Source: a virus (lineage: Duplodnaviria > Caudoviricetes). Taken from it: a stretch of DNA of 34,324 nucleotides. The stretch is from the IMG/VR virus record IMGVR_UViG_3300017747_001659, positions 1 to 34,324 of that record; one strand, written 5' to 3'. The translations under genes were made by a program, and so were the position numbers. This document shows positions 18,119 to 26,299 of the stretch, piece by piece. A model generated the notes under the pieces. That model searched no databases. It was not told the DNA's origin and saw only the letters and a program-made list of their open reading frames with translations. Numbering within the stretch: position 1 is the stretch's first letter; the number at the start of each line of letters is the position of its first letter.

Positions 18119-18793
18119 TCATCTCCATTCGCTTTCTGTTTTATAATCTTCTGCCCGCTCAAGATCCTTTCGGCACGGCGGTATCCAGACAAATTTAGTG
18201 CGTGGATCATCATTCCTAATTTCCGGCCTTCCCCATACAAGCCAACAGTAAGCCGTTGCTGTTGAGGCATTTTTGTCAACGCGACCTTTGACCATGGGAA
18301 CTCTTTCACTAAATTGTCCAATGATGTCTGGGGGCTCACTCTTATAGAGTTGATTAAATCGTCGAACTCCTTCCACGAAGCTGGTTCTAACAAGAACTGC
18401 AACAGATCTTCCGGCTCTCTTGCCATGGTTAATAAAATCATGCGCTCTTTTGAATGGTGGGTTGGTAATAACCCATTCAAAATCAGATGGTTCAAACTCG
18501 CCGGATGCAAAATCACATGACCCGAACTGTCCGTTCCAACCGTAATCTGCGATGTCTGTGGACACAACGGATGAGAAATATTCGTTAAGTGGACGGGACA
18601 TAAATCCTCGACCGCAGGCGGGTTCCCATACACGAGAGCGCTGGATTCCATGACCGAACTCACTGGGTTTGATGACATGCTCCATAAGGGCGCGCGTGGC
18701 CCAAGGAGGCGTAGGGAAGTCGTCTAGGCTGTTCAGAGGCTCATGCCGCCTAGCTACGACCGCGTGGGACATGCCGGAGCCAAGATCAACCAT
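18119..18793 (-). CDS. DNA N6-adenine methyltransferase
   Basis: D.FPTP.W, VWEPACGRG (motif I) and ITNPPF (motif IV). Confidence 0.85.
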   Translation of the reverse strand: MVDLGSGMSHAVVARRHEPLNSLDDFPTPPWATRALMEHVIKPSEFGHGIQRSRVWEPACGRGFMSRPLNEYFSSVVSTDIADYGWNGQFGSCDFASGEFEPSDFEWVITNPPFKRAHDFINHGKRAGRSVAVLVRTSFVEGVRRFNQLYKSEPPDIIGQFSERVPMVKGRVDKNASTATAYCWLVWGRPEIRNDDPRTKFVWIPPCRKDLERAEDYKTESEWR

Positions 18794-18983
18794 TTCCCTG
18801 AACCTCTGGGATAATCACGTTCTCAACGTCCAGCTTTTCCCATTCGTCAGTCCCGCGCTGGATCTGAAGCTCCCAACCGGCAAGGACATATTGATCATGC
18901 CCGTTTTGATCAGGTTCAATTTTCCATTGCTGAAGAACGCGAATGTCGGTCAATGCCGGTATTTTTGGTTTACGGGTTGCCAT
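18786..18983 (-). CDS. hypothetical protein
   Basis: 65-aa ORF overlapping both neighbours in operon orientation. Confidence 0.55.
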   Translation of the reverse strand: MATRKPKIPALTDIRVLQQWKIEPDQNGHDQYVLAGWELQIQRGTDEWEKLDVENVIIPEVQGNG

Positions 18984-19461
18984 GAAACTTGCTCCTGATG
19001 GATGCGATTAAGGATGCGATGGGGTTAAGTGTAAGCGGATGGCTTACAGGCTTCGTTTTAACGACGCGGTAGCTATCGCATGGTTTAACCCCAAGGCTAA
19101 CCAAGTCGTTGTAATTAAGGGTTGTTTTGCGGTTGTAGTTTCGGGTTATGTTAGGCTCAAGCTGTTCACGAATCTTTGTCGGGAGACTGCTCATCATTAC
19201 AGCCGTGATGTCTGGCCTACTGACGCCTGTATCAGCCTCATATGCCTGATGGGCTTTAACCACGGCATTTTGGCCAACGCAGACGTTAGGGACGGACAGG
19301 GCCATAACGCAAGCGGATCGGCAGGAGCCAAGGATTTTTACCTTTCGGTTTTCCAAACGGTATTGCCAAGCCATCTGCTGGTATTTTGTCACAAGGCCGC
19401 CGCCATCCTCGTAGATAGCGACCGGCGCATTGTTCGGTGGGGGTGTAGTAAAATCGCCCAT
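18970..19461 (-). CDS. ClpP/crotonase-like fold protein
   Basis: DGGGLV..Y, I.GSCRSAC and downstream KAHQ resemble the ClpP/S49 GG, Ser and His motifs. GAATGGAGG RBS. Confidence 0.5.
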   Translation of the reverse strand: MGDFTTPPPNNAPVAIYEDGGGLVTKYQQMAWQYRLENRKVKILGSCRSACVMALSVPNVCVGQNAVVKAHQAYEADTGVSRPDITAVMMSSLPTKIREQLEPNITRNYNRKTTLNYNDLVSLGVKPCDSYRVVKTKPVSHPLTLNPIASLIASIRSKFHGNP

Positions 19462-19482
19462 GATCTTCCTCCATTCCCCACC

Positions 19483-19513
19483 AATATATTCTTATCTTAC
19501 ATATTGTCAAATT
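19483..19513 (-). promoter_or_regulatory. promoter with palindromic operator
   Basis: TTGACA-16-TATATT on the minus strand. Operator TATCTTACA-tat-TGTCAAATT at 19493-19513. Confidence 0.7.
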
Positions 19514-19862
19514 ACTTTGTAGGTTTAGCCCCGCTGGTTTGCGTAGCGGCGACGGTTGCGGCGAGTTCTGCCTCCAGACCCTTTTCCAGAATGTCGTTGA
19601 TTTGAGTTATTCTGGGATTGGTGGGCTGGTGGGCTGACACTAAAGGGGCGTGGTCGCCTCCCAACGGATAATCAGCCGTCAGATTAAGAACCTTCTCAAT
19701 AAAGCGTTCCCGATCCGCCTCATCGTCCGTGTAGGGCTCATTGCCGCGCCCATGGGCCTCACGGGACGCCTGCATAGCATTCCGTGCAATAGACCGGCAG
19801 CGGGTGCCAAGATCAATATTAGCCGCCTGAACCGATGACAGGCGAGCAACATCAAGACTCAT
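19512..19862 (-). CDS. hypothetical protein
   Basis: Start at ATG 19862 with an AAGGAG RBS. Confidence 0.6.
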   Translation of the reverse strand: MSLDVARLSSVQAANIDLGTRCRSIARNAMQASREAHGRGNEPYTDDEADRERFIEKVLNLTADYPLGGDHAPLVSAHQPTNPRITQINDILEKGLEAELAATVAATQTSGAKPTK

Positions 19863-20025
19863 TTTCGTTCTCCTTCCGCACTTCAATAATAGTGTTTTCT
19901 TTCGGGCCAGTGCGCTGCCCAAAAGGATCTTTGCGGATTCTCTGCCTAATGACACGCAACACGCCTGACGCAGACAAAGCCATGAACAGGCCGGTAAGAC
20001 CCATCCCAATGTAGACCAAACTCAT
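19852..20025 (-). CDS. 57-aa membrane protein (not in ORF track)
   Basis: MSLVYIGMGLTGLFMALSASGVLRVIRQR... ATGA overlap with the upstream stop. Confidence 0.5.
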   Translation of the reverse strand: MSLVYIGMGLTGLFMALSASGVLRVIRQRIRKDPFGQRTGPKENTIIEVRKENENES

Positions 20026-20336
20026 TCGTAGGCTTCCAGCCCATAACCCAGATCATCGCTGGAGCTAAGGTAAGGATCTGCCTCATCAAACGGGCCGCCA
20101 TAGACGCGGGGGGCATCTACAGAAAATTCATTCAACCCGCTGTAGGGGCTGAAACGGTTTCCATAGGGTCCAAAGCGGTTGCAGGGGCTGTCCGGGTAAA
20201 AGCAATTGTTCCACTTTGACCACGGGTTACGAACGCCGTCCGGGGCAAACTGGTTGCGAGATAAGCTGCCAATGTAGTCATCGGCTGCCGCTGTTGTGGA
20301 CGCCATAAGCGCCAAAGCCAGAATCAGTTTACGCAT
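20022..20336 (-). CDS. exported protein with signal peptide
   Basis: MRKLILALALMASTTAAA-D signal peptide, N.FGPYG..FSPYS repeat and GGAGG RBS. Confidence 0.7.
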   Translation of the reverse strand: MRKLILALALMASTTAAADDYIGSLSRNQFAPDGVRNPWSKWNNCFYPDSPCNRFGPYGNRFSPYSGLNEFSVDAPRVYGGPFDEADPYLSSSDDLGYGLEAYE

Positions 20337-20364
20337 GTCATCCTCCATTCTGCTAGTGTTTGCT

Positions 20365-20395
20365 AGCATACGCATATCTTACAGGATGTCAATTA
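20365..20395 (-). promoter_or_regulatory. promoter with palindromic operator
   Basis: TTGACA-16-TATGCT on the minus strand. Operator TATCTTACA-gga-TGTCAATTA at 20375-20395. Confidence 0.7.
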
Positions 20396-20749
20396 CTCAA
20401 ATATCCCACGCCGGGGAGGCAAGGGCATTTTTTCCTTCTTTTCCCGTTTTGGGAAACCACGGGACTGGATTTTTTGCTTGGGTGTTTTAACCCCAAGATG
20501 CAGAGCCTCGACCCTTTTTGCTTTTGCTATCCGGGCGACGTCATCTTTGGTTTTTTCCGCATGGCAAGGCAGGCAAAGCAAACGGCTATTCTCAAAGGTA
20601 GGTTCACCCAAGAGGCCATCGGCGCGTATATGGTCAATCTGCCATTTTGCACATGGCAATCCGCAGTTCTCACAATACACGCGCCCATCTTTGGTAGCAG
20701 CTTTGATGCGCTGAACCATGATGGCTTTGGTAAAGTTCCGCCTAGCCAT
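20393..20749 (-). CDS. small HNH endonuclease
   Basis: CENC...IDHI...N..LLCLPCH..KT motif. Confidence 0.8.
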   Translation of the reverse strand: MARRNFTKAIMVQRIKAATKDGRVYCENCGLPCAKWQIDHIRADGLLGEPTFENSRLLCLPCHAEKTKDDVARIAKAKRVEALHLGVKTPKQKIQSRGFPKREKKEKMPLPPRRGIFE

Positions 20750-20879
20750 TGTTCATTTCCAATGTCTGGCATATTGCATGTTCGACAAGCCATGACTGTG
20801 ACCGTCCAGTCTTGCGAGAAAGCTGGCGCAAACGCTTCAGGATCGGCGCAGAGATTCGGACGTTCAACTGAGCCTTCAA
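20742..20879 (-). CDS. ribbon-helix-helix (CopG/Arc-like) DNA-binding protein
   Basis: QLNVRIS...KRL..LS.KTGRSQS.LVE.AI pattern. TTG start overlapping the upstream TGA. Confidence 0.65.
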   Translation of the reverse strand: MKAQLNVRISAPILKRLRQLSRKTGRSQSWLVEHAICQTLEMNNG

Positions 20880-21187
20880 AGCCTGCGCTCTGCTCTCTCT
20901 GTGGCTTCCTTTGATTGATTTTCGCTGAACCTCATCCTTATCCATTCGAGTTCTACTTTCTTCAGGTTAGCTGATGTCCGGGCGTCCACCATGCCCTGAA
21001 CAAACTTATGCCAATCATCGGTAGCCTTGACCTGTAACTCAGCGCGGCTCACCGGCATATCCCCCAGGGCCGTCATCATCTGAGACAACACGGCTGATTT
21101 TGTCTCCTCCATCAGCCGTGCTGCATGATCAAGTTCAACCCATTCCTTGGCGACCAAACGGTAGCGTTCGGAAAGGTTGGATGACAT
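20876..21187 (-). CDS. helical phage protein in recombination module
   Basis: Coiled-coil 103-aa ORF coupled to the SSB-like gene. Confidence 0.65.
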   Translation of the reverse strand: MSSNLSERYRLVAKEWVELDHAARLMEETKSAVLSQMMTALGDMPVSRAELQVKATDDWHKFVQGMVDARTSANLKKVELEWIRMRFSENQSKEATERAERRL

Positions 21188-21432
21188 TAGAACTCATCTC
21201 CATCATTGCTGCTGTAGCCGCCAGAGTGACCGCCGGACTTTTCCTTGGGCTCACTAACAGACAGGGACATATAGCTGTCGCCGTTTTTGGACTTTTTGAT
21301 CCAGCCCGACAAACGATACTCAACACCATGAACCTTGATGGTTCCGCTTCGATCCGGGTGGTTCTCAGTCTTTTTGTCCTTATTAACAAAAAGAGCGCCG
21401 GTCATGTCTTTGCTTTCGTATTTATCAGCCAT
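21187..21432 (-). CDS. DUF736-like putative ssDNA-binding protein
   Basis: GALF.N..K...HPD..G, LSGW.K and YMSLSV motifs with an acidic/Phe C-terminal tail (DGDEF). Confidence 0.7.
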   Translation of the reverse strand: MADKYESKDMTGALFVNKDKKTENHPDRSGTIKVHGVEYRLSGWIKKSKNGDSYMSLSVSEPKEKSGGHSGGYSSNDGDEF

Positions 21433-22051
21433 TGTTCTCTCCTTTGGCGGAATCATTGATGTGCTTCTCAATCAACTTATATTCGCGAACGATCGTAGCC
21501 TGATCGGTAAGCGTCAGCTTAACTTTGTTAGGCTTATTGCTCACGGTCCATATAGCAAGATCATCCGAAGTCTTACACTTGTGAAGATCCTCAGTCATTG
21601 TCGCAAGCAACACTGCTGATTCACTATTGTCCTTGCCCGTTGATATGGTTGTGACCTTATTAGCGGTATTGCCATCATCATCTTCGCCAGCAATGCCGAC
21701 CGCTGCAAACAAGGCTCCTCGACGGGCATAGGTGAGTGCGGCAAGGCCATCCTGCGGTTTATACGGAACCGCAATCACTGGATAGTGGCTCGCAAGCCAT
21801 TGACCACTGACATGGCCAAGAACCGTTTCAAGCATCAGCAATGTGTCTGTCAGATAAGTGCGCTGAAAAACGCAAATATCGACGGCAGACAGTGCATCGC
21901 GGACAACATTCAAACCTTCGTCCAGCGTCGTGTATGTATTCTTAAAGTGTGAGTTTTTAGCGTTCTTGGCAGGATTTTGGATCGTCTTTTGTGCTTTCGC
22001 AAGCGCGCCAAAAATATCACCGACCACATCACTTTGAAAGGGACTAGGCAT
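21425..22051 (-). CDS. erf: ERF-family single-strand annealing recombinase
   Basis: ALAKAQ...K...N.HFK..Y, H.SGQW and Q..G.ALTYARR...GIAGEDDDGN motifs. Confidence 0.9.
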   Translation of the reverse strand: MPSPFQSDVVGDIFGALAKAQKTIQNPAKNAKNSHFKNTYTTLDEGLNVVRDALSAVDICVFQRTYLTDTLLMLETVLGHVSGQWLASHYPVIAVPYKPQDGLAALTYARRGALFAAVGIAGEDDDGNTANKVTTISTGKDNSESAVLLATMTEDLHKCKTSDDLAIWTVSNKPNKVKLTLTDQATIVREYKLIEKHINDSAKGENNG

Positions 22052-22688
22052 TTTGATTCTCCTTTATCTTGGTTTTGACTTGTTCAACTTCTTCGTTCAG
22101 TTCCTTTATAAACGTCTGGATCATCTCCCTCATGGTTGAAATGAACATTTCATCCCGTTCGACGCGCTGGACATAAATCTGTCCACCTTCCGGCATACGG
22201 GGATCGTAACAAACAAAGTCACACCATTTGCGGCCTGTGCAATCCAGTTGCATTTGTATCTGCGTCAGCCATTTCTGAGGTATGTTGTCCGTCAGAAAAA
22301 TCTCAAGGAATGTCGCTGTATTGGGACACTTAATTTCGACAATCCCGTCATCTCCAACAAGACCATCAGGAGAGCAACCAGCGCCCAGAATATCAGGATG
22401 GTCAACAAAGCCGACTTCAACGACCGGGTCAAAGATCGTGGACGCATATAATGCACGAGCGTTAGGCTCCTGTTCGGTTCCCCATTTCATCGCCTCAGAA
22501 ACAAAACCAACAGCAGTCGTGTTGGTCAATATCTCAAGCAAAAGTTCAGCTTTATAATTGGAGCGACTAGCGGCAAAACCTGATTTTGTCCTAGCCATAA
22601 CGTCCGCAACGCGGGAGGCAGTAACTTTGCCCCTCCGCGCCGCAAACCATTCGTCCGTCCCTTGGACAATGACGTTTGGATTATTCAT
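22044..22688 (-). CDS. YqaJ-like / lambda exonuclease family
   Basis: QGTDEW...R.G..TAS, AMKWG...E, CSPDGL and EIKCP...QIQ.Q motifs. Confidence 0.92.
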   Translation of the reverse strand: MNNPNVIVQGTDEWFAARRGKVTASRVADVMARTKSGFAASRSNYKAELLLEILTNTTAVGFVSEAMKWGTEQEPNARALYASTIFDPVVEVGFVDHPDILGAGCSPDGLVGDDGIVEIKCPNTATFLEIFLTDNIPQKWLTQIQMQLDCTGRKWCDFVCYDPRMPEGGQIYVQRVERDEMFISTMREMIQTFIKELNEEVEQVKTKIKENQNA

Positions 22689-22923
22689 GCTCAGTTCCCT
22701 TGGTTATTTCAGACTCAACAGTTTTCCAAGCTTCGTTAAACGCAAGCACGGCTATTGACAGATGCTTGGCGTATTTAGGATCGACAAATATACCGACCTT
22801 ATCTGTCGCCAGAGTTTCGGTATTATTGTCGCCAATTTCCAAGGCTAAGTGTTTTCCATTCTTATACACAAAAGCCCTGAGCGGTCCATTTGCAAAGTAA
22901 GACACGTTGCTAGACGTCCTCAT
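22681..22923 (-). CDS. hypothetical protein
   Basis: 80-aa ORF with a GAATGGAG RBS. Confidence 0.6.
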   Translation of the reverse strand: MRTSSNVSYFANGPLRAFVYKNGKHLALEIGDNNTETLATDKVGIFVDPKYAKHLSIAVLAFNEAWKTVESEITKGTEHE

Positions 22924-22936
22924 ATTGGTTCTCCAT

Positions 22937-23143
22937 TCAAGCCGCGAGACGAATTATGTCCCGCTTTATTTTGGCGTTCTGTTGCCGGAACACCTCCCGA
23001 CCTTTGGCTGCTTCCCAAGCGCGAGATATGCACTTGCCCCAAGACCAGCCAAGGCCAAGCCTTTGCGACTGCCGCCATTGACGATGTGCATCGCGCATGA
23101 CGGCCTTCCTGTCGTATTTGGGTTTAGTCGTAATCTTCCTCAT
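22937..23143 (-). CDS. small basic early protein
   Basis: AVMRDAH...W..CISRAW.AAK pattern seen in phage early proteins. GGATAGGG RBS. Confidence 0.65.
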   Translation of the reverse strand: MRKITTKPKYDRKAVMRDAHRQWRQSQRLGLGWSWGKCISRAWEAAKGREVFRQQNAKIKRDIIRLAA

Positions 23144-23438
23144 AGTCCCTATCCTTCGCCTTGTAGTTTACGGAATCGTTAACGGCTTCGTAAATATTTG
23201 CGTTGTTCGTCAACGAGTGAAACAGCTTTCCGGTAACGACAAAGTCCGGCCCTAAGTCACCTTCCCGATATTCGCGCAGGATAATGTTATCAATATCCCA
23301 TTCAGGCCCCCAACCGGGATCGCCACCGTAGTTGTAGTCAATCAGGGCGGGAGAGCCCCAATCGGAAACGGTGTATTCAATCACGGCCTCAAATTCGCGG
23401 CCCATGAAGTTCAGGTAGGTGTCAGTTTCGTATGTCAT
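23124..23438 (-). CDS. acidic hypothetical protein, first gene of leftward operon
   Basis: Start at ATG 23438 with a GAATGGAG RBS. Confidence 0.65.
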   Translation of the reverse strand: MTYETDTYLNFMGREFEAVIEYTVSDWGSPALIDYNYGGDPGWGPEWDIDNIILREYREGDLGPDFVVTGKLFHSLTNNANIYEAVNDSVNYKAKDRDYEEDYD

Positions 23439-23461
23439 AGCGGATCTCCATTCCGAACGCA

Positions 23462-23529
23462 TATATACGCTAGCATATGATAGCATGTCAACGGGGGTCT
23501 TGACACTTTGTAAGATATACCCTTAACGT
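23462..23529. promoter_or_regulatory. divergent promoter pair with operator
   Basis: Leftward TTGACA (23491-23486). Rightward TTGACA(23500-23505)-18-TAACGT. Operator GTCTTGACA-ctt-TGTAAGATA at 23497-23517. Confidence 0.7.
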
Positions 23530-23535
23530 ATGGTT

Positions 23536-23724
23536 ATGACTAGAAAAGCCCTCCCCAATCCCAAAACAACCGAAAAGATCGAACAGGTCGCCATTCAGCT
23601 TGGCGCTTCGTCAGGTCAGATTTATCAGTGGCGTCGTCGCGGAGTTTCTGCGGCGTGGCGAATCAAAATTGTTCAAGCGTCCAGCGGTAAAGTTAAACTT
23701 ACGGACTTCCCAGAGGTGATATAA
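23536..23724 (+). CDS. Cro-like HTH transcriptional regulator
   Basis: VA.QLG.S...IYQWRRRGV...W...I...S.GKV motif of Cro/YdaS-like proteins. First gene of the rightward operon (alternative ATG 23530). Confidence 0.75.
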   Translation: MTRKALPNPKTTEKIEQVAIQLGASSGQIYQWRRRGVSAAWRIKIVQASSGKVKLTDFPEVI

Positions 23725-23858
23725 TGGACTGTTATTCCATGCCATTCTGGCTTTTTATCGTAGCCATTACCCCGTTTGTCTTGGCAGCTTGGTTTATGTG
23801 CGGATTATTGATCAATGAAGCGTATACATTGATCAAAATGAAACGGCCCCAAAAATGA
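23724..23858 (+). CDS. 44-aa membrane protein (not in ORF track)
   Basis: MDCYSMPFWLFIVAITPFVLAAWFMCGLLINEAYTLIKMKRPQK. GAGGTG RBS, coupled on both sides. Confidence 0.5.
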   Translation: MDCYSMPFWLFIVAITPFVLAAWFMCGLLINEAYTLIKMKRPQK

Positions 23859-24088
23859 CCGACGACCTTCACGATCACGCGGCGAATTATAGCAGTCTGT
23901 CTTATTCAAAAGCGGACTGGCGGACGAAGATGCTTCGCAGTCTGCCGGAGGATCTTCCGATGTATCAGGTCAAGCGTTTCGAGTATTACAAGGAAGCCGG
24001 TATCCCTGAGACGGTCTACACCGACTTGGATGCTCAAGTGCTTCACCTTGCGCTGCGCGCCCGCTTTCCGGGGTTCAACCAGTGGTGA
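23855..24088 (+). CDS. hypothetical protein
   Basis: 77-aa ORF in operon orientation. Confidence 0.55.
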   Translation: MTDDLHDHAANYSSLSYSKADWRTKMLRSLPEDLPMYQVKRFEYYKEAGIPETVYTDLDAQVLHLALRARFPGFNQW

Positions 24089-24480
24089 TCAAGCGCAGAC
24101 AGGTAGAATCCGGTATTCAACGCGGGATCGTGCAATACATCCGTTCCGTGTTGCCAAGGGCTGTTTTGATGGCAATCCCCAACGGTTCCCAGCGCACGGC
24201 CTCTGGTCGCCCGGCTAATGCTGTTCCGGGTTTCTTGCCGGGAGCGCCTGACTTGATATTGGCTTTACCTAACAAAGAGGTGATTTGGATAGAGGTTAAA
24301 TCGCCCATCGGACGCTTGAGCGATAATCAAAAACACGTTCACGCCATGCTTGAAACGATAGGCCACAAGATCATCTTGGCGCGTTCGATTGACGATATTC
24401 GTGAGGCTTTTGCGTATTACGGTATAAAAACGAAGGACACATGGAATGGAGAACTTAAAGATGGCGAAGGAAGCGATTAA
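24082..24480 (+). CDS. VRR-NUC domain nuclease / Holliday junction resolvase-like
   Basis: E..IQ..I, IPNG, PGAPDL and WIEVKS..GRLS.NQ motifs. Confidence 0.88.
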   Translation: MVIKRRQVESGIQRGIVQYIRSVLPRAVLMAIPNGSQRTASGRPANAVPGFLPGAPDLILALPNKEVIWIEVKSPIGRLSDNQKHVHAMLETIGHKIILARSIDDIREAFAYYGIKTKDTWNGELKDGEGSD

Positions 24481-25054
24481 ATGGCGGCCCGAATGGGTTG
24501 AATACGCCAAAAAAATATTGGCTGCTGGTGCGACCATGGGAGAGGCGGCCAACGGGATAAACCATAAATTTGGTGCAGAAGTCACCCGCAATGCGATGAT
24601 CGGCAAGATTCACCGTTTGAAAGCAGATGGGGATTTCAATTTGCCCCAGCCTGAAAAATGGCATGGCAAGTCCATGGACGTTTTTGTTAGTCACTGGCGC
24701 AGCGGAATATCGTCAACGGATATGGGCCATTATTTTGGAGTTGAAGGAAGCGCTGTTCGGGACAAAGCGTATAAATATGGGTTAACCCCCAGGGGGCAAG
24801 AAACCGGATGGAAAGCTCTCAAAAAAAACGTCCCGGCCAAGCCCAAAGTCCCGTCTGACGGTATTAGCACTCGCACGGAGTTTCCCAATCCAAATGCTAA
24901 AGCTGTGCTGTTTGAGAATTTAAATAGCCGGATGTGTCGTTTTGTTATAGGTGACAAGCCTTTCTATTTCTGCGGGGCCGAAGTCGAACTTGGATCGCCT
25001 ATTCCCTACTGTTCATATTGCAGGAAGGTGATGTATGTGCCCGCAAAGCGCTAG
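24461..25054 (+). CDS. GcrA cell-cycle-regulator-like protein
   Basis: W......K...AG.T....A.......TRNAMIGKIHRL N-terminus and L..L..RMCRF.IGD....FCG......PYC..C C-terminus. GAATGGAG upstream of ATG 24461. Confidence 0.8.
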   Translation: MAKEAIKWRPEWVEYAKKILAAGATMGEAANGINHKFGAEVTRNAMIGKIHRLKADGDFNLPQPEKWHGKSMDVFVSHWRSGISSTDMGHYFGVEGSAVRDKAYKYGLTPRGQETGWKALKKNVPAKPKVPSDGISTRTEFPNPNAKAVLFENLNSRMCRFVIGDKPFYFCGAEVELGSPIPYCSYCRKVMYVPAKR

Positions 25055-25622
25055 GGAGGTTGCGTTGAAAAAAGAAGTTGAAACTATCGACTCAAACAAC
25101 ATCGTCCACTTGTTGGAAAAGCATTACGAAACGACGGGGCTCACGGTTCTTCGTATTGCGGCGTCTGAGTTGCGCCGCTTGTATGAGTTACTTGATCAAG
25201 AAGTGATGCGTATTTCAAACGGTGAACCGGAGAATGTGACCGTCCGTATGAGCGTGGTTCTCAAAATGGCTCACAGGTATTTTGGTATGCCGATTGAGGA
25301 AATCGTGTCTCACAGACGCTCACTGAAATACATCGTTCCGCGTCAGGTTACGGTGTATGTGGCCCGCAAGCTTACAGATCTTTCAACTCCGCAAGTTGGA
25401 AAATGGTTTGGCAATCGTGATCATTCAACAATCGTCCATGCTTGTAAAAAAGTGGAGGATGAGATCGGGAAGGGAAATCAGCAGTGGGTTAAGTATGTCG
25501 ATGAACTTTCTGCTTTGTGTAAAAAAGAAGCCGCTATTGAACATGCTAGAATAGAGGAAGCCAAAAGATGTCTGAAGATAACCAATCTGTCCTTGAGGAC
25601 GCGGCCCGCGTCGAATCCGTGA
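25035..25622 (+). CDS. DnaA C-terminal (domain IV) DNA-binding domain protein
   Basis: I.S.RR....V.PRQ...Y.ARKLT.LS.PQVG..FGNRDHSTIVHA.KKVE motif. No AAA+ domain. Start uncertain. Confidence 0.88.
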   Translation: MCPQSAREVALKKEVETIDSNNIVHLLEKHYETTGLTVLRIAASELRRLYELLDQEVMRISNGEPENVTVRMSVVLKMAHRYFGMPIEEIVSHRRSLKYIVPRQVTVYVARKLTDLSTPQVGKWFGNRDHSTIVHACKKVEDEIGKGNQQWVKYVDELSALCKKEAAIEHARIEEAKRCLKITNLSLRTRPASNP

Positions 25623-25891
25623 CCCTTGAGAGTGTGGATAAGTGCATGGCCATCGTGGATACTGTTTGCCGCGAAAATAATTTTGATGCGTCGGCAATGA
25701 TATTCATGTCGGTCAATATTGCAGCGCATCTGATGGCGCGCGGTCTGTTCTTTGCGGATGGCCCGGACGCCCGCGAACGGCTGCGGACAAATATGCTCAA
25801 TAACGTGTCTGAGATTATTGATTCAGCCCGGCAGCATATTGACCAGTCTGAGCGTGAGCTAAAGCAGAGTAGGATTGTTCGTCCTAATTAA
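25568..25891 (+). CDS. hypothetical protein
   Basis: 107-aa helical ORF with a GAGG RBS. Confidence 0.55.
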   Translation: MSEDNQSVLEDAARVESVTLESVDKCMAIVDTVCRENNFDASAMIFMSVNIAAHLMARGLFFADGPDARERLRTNMLNNVSEIIDSARQHIDQSERELKQSRIVRPN

Positions 25892-25909
25892 CGGTATCCC
25901 CCAAATGAC

Positions 25910-25946
25910 GACGGCGGCTTGACAACAGCCAGCCGCCGTCTATTCT
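25910..25946 (+). promoter_or_regulatory. overlapping hairpin (terminator-like) and promoter
   Basis: Perfect 10-bp inverted repeat GACGGCGGCT/AGCCGCCGTC. TTGACA(25919-25924)-16-TATTCT(25941-25946). Confidence 0.6.
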
Positions 25947-26008
25947 GGGAAAGGTTCGGGGTTGCAGCCCCTAACCGAATGACACTCTTGGAAACGTCGG
26001 AGAACGCT

Positions 26009-26239
26009 ATGCCATCGGCTAGCAAGATAAATATCCCCAAAACTGCCCGTAATCAAGACGCTGCCTATCTGGAAGCGGATATTCTTACGAATTTGCGGCT
26101 GGCTGCTGAGTTTTCTCGCCTAGCCGAATCACATGGCGCGTTGTTCGACGAAAACGGGTTCCGCTATTGCGTGGATCGGTTCCTCGAACACGCCCGTCTT
26201 GTCTCCACCAATCTCAAGAAACTGAGGGAGGTTAGCTAA
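26009..26239 (+). CDS. hypothetical protein
   Basis: ATG 26009 with a GGAG RBS, downstream of the promoter. Confidence 0.6.
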   Translation: MPSASKINIPKTARNQDAAYLEADILTNLRLAAEFSRLAESHGALFDENGFRYCVDRFLEHARLVSTNLKKLREVS

Positions 26240-26299
26240 AGCTTAACCGTTTACGCTCCCTTCAAAGACCGTCTGTCGGAGCAGCTATCCTGCCGTGGG

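Noticed and set aside
18115-18678. N-terminal 188 aa of the 428-aa ORF 17392-18678
   Set aside because: Overlaps the clear adenine MTase on the same strand. A strong RBS supports the start at 18114.
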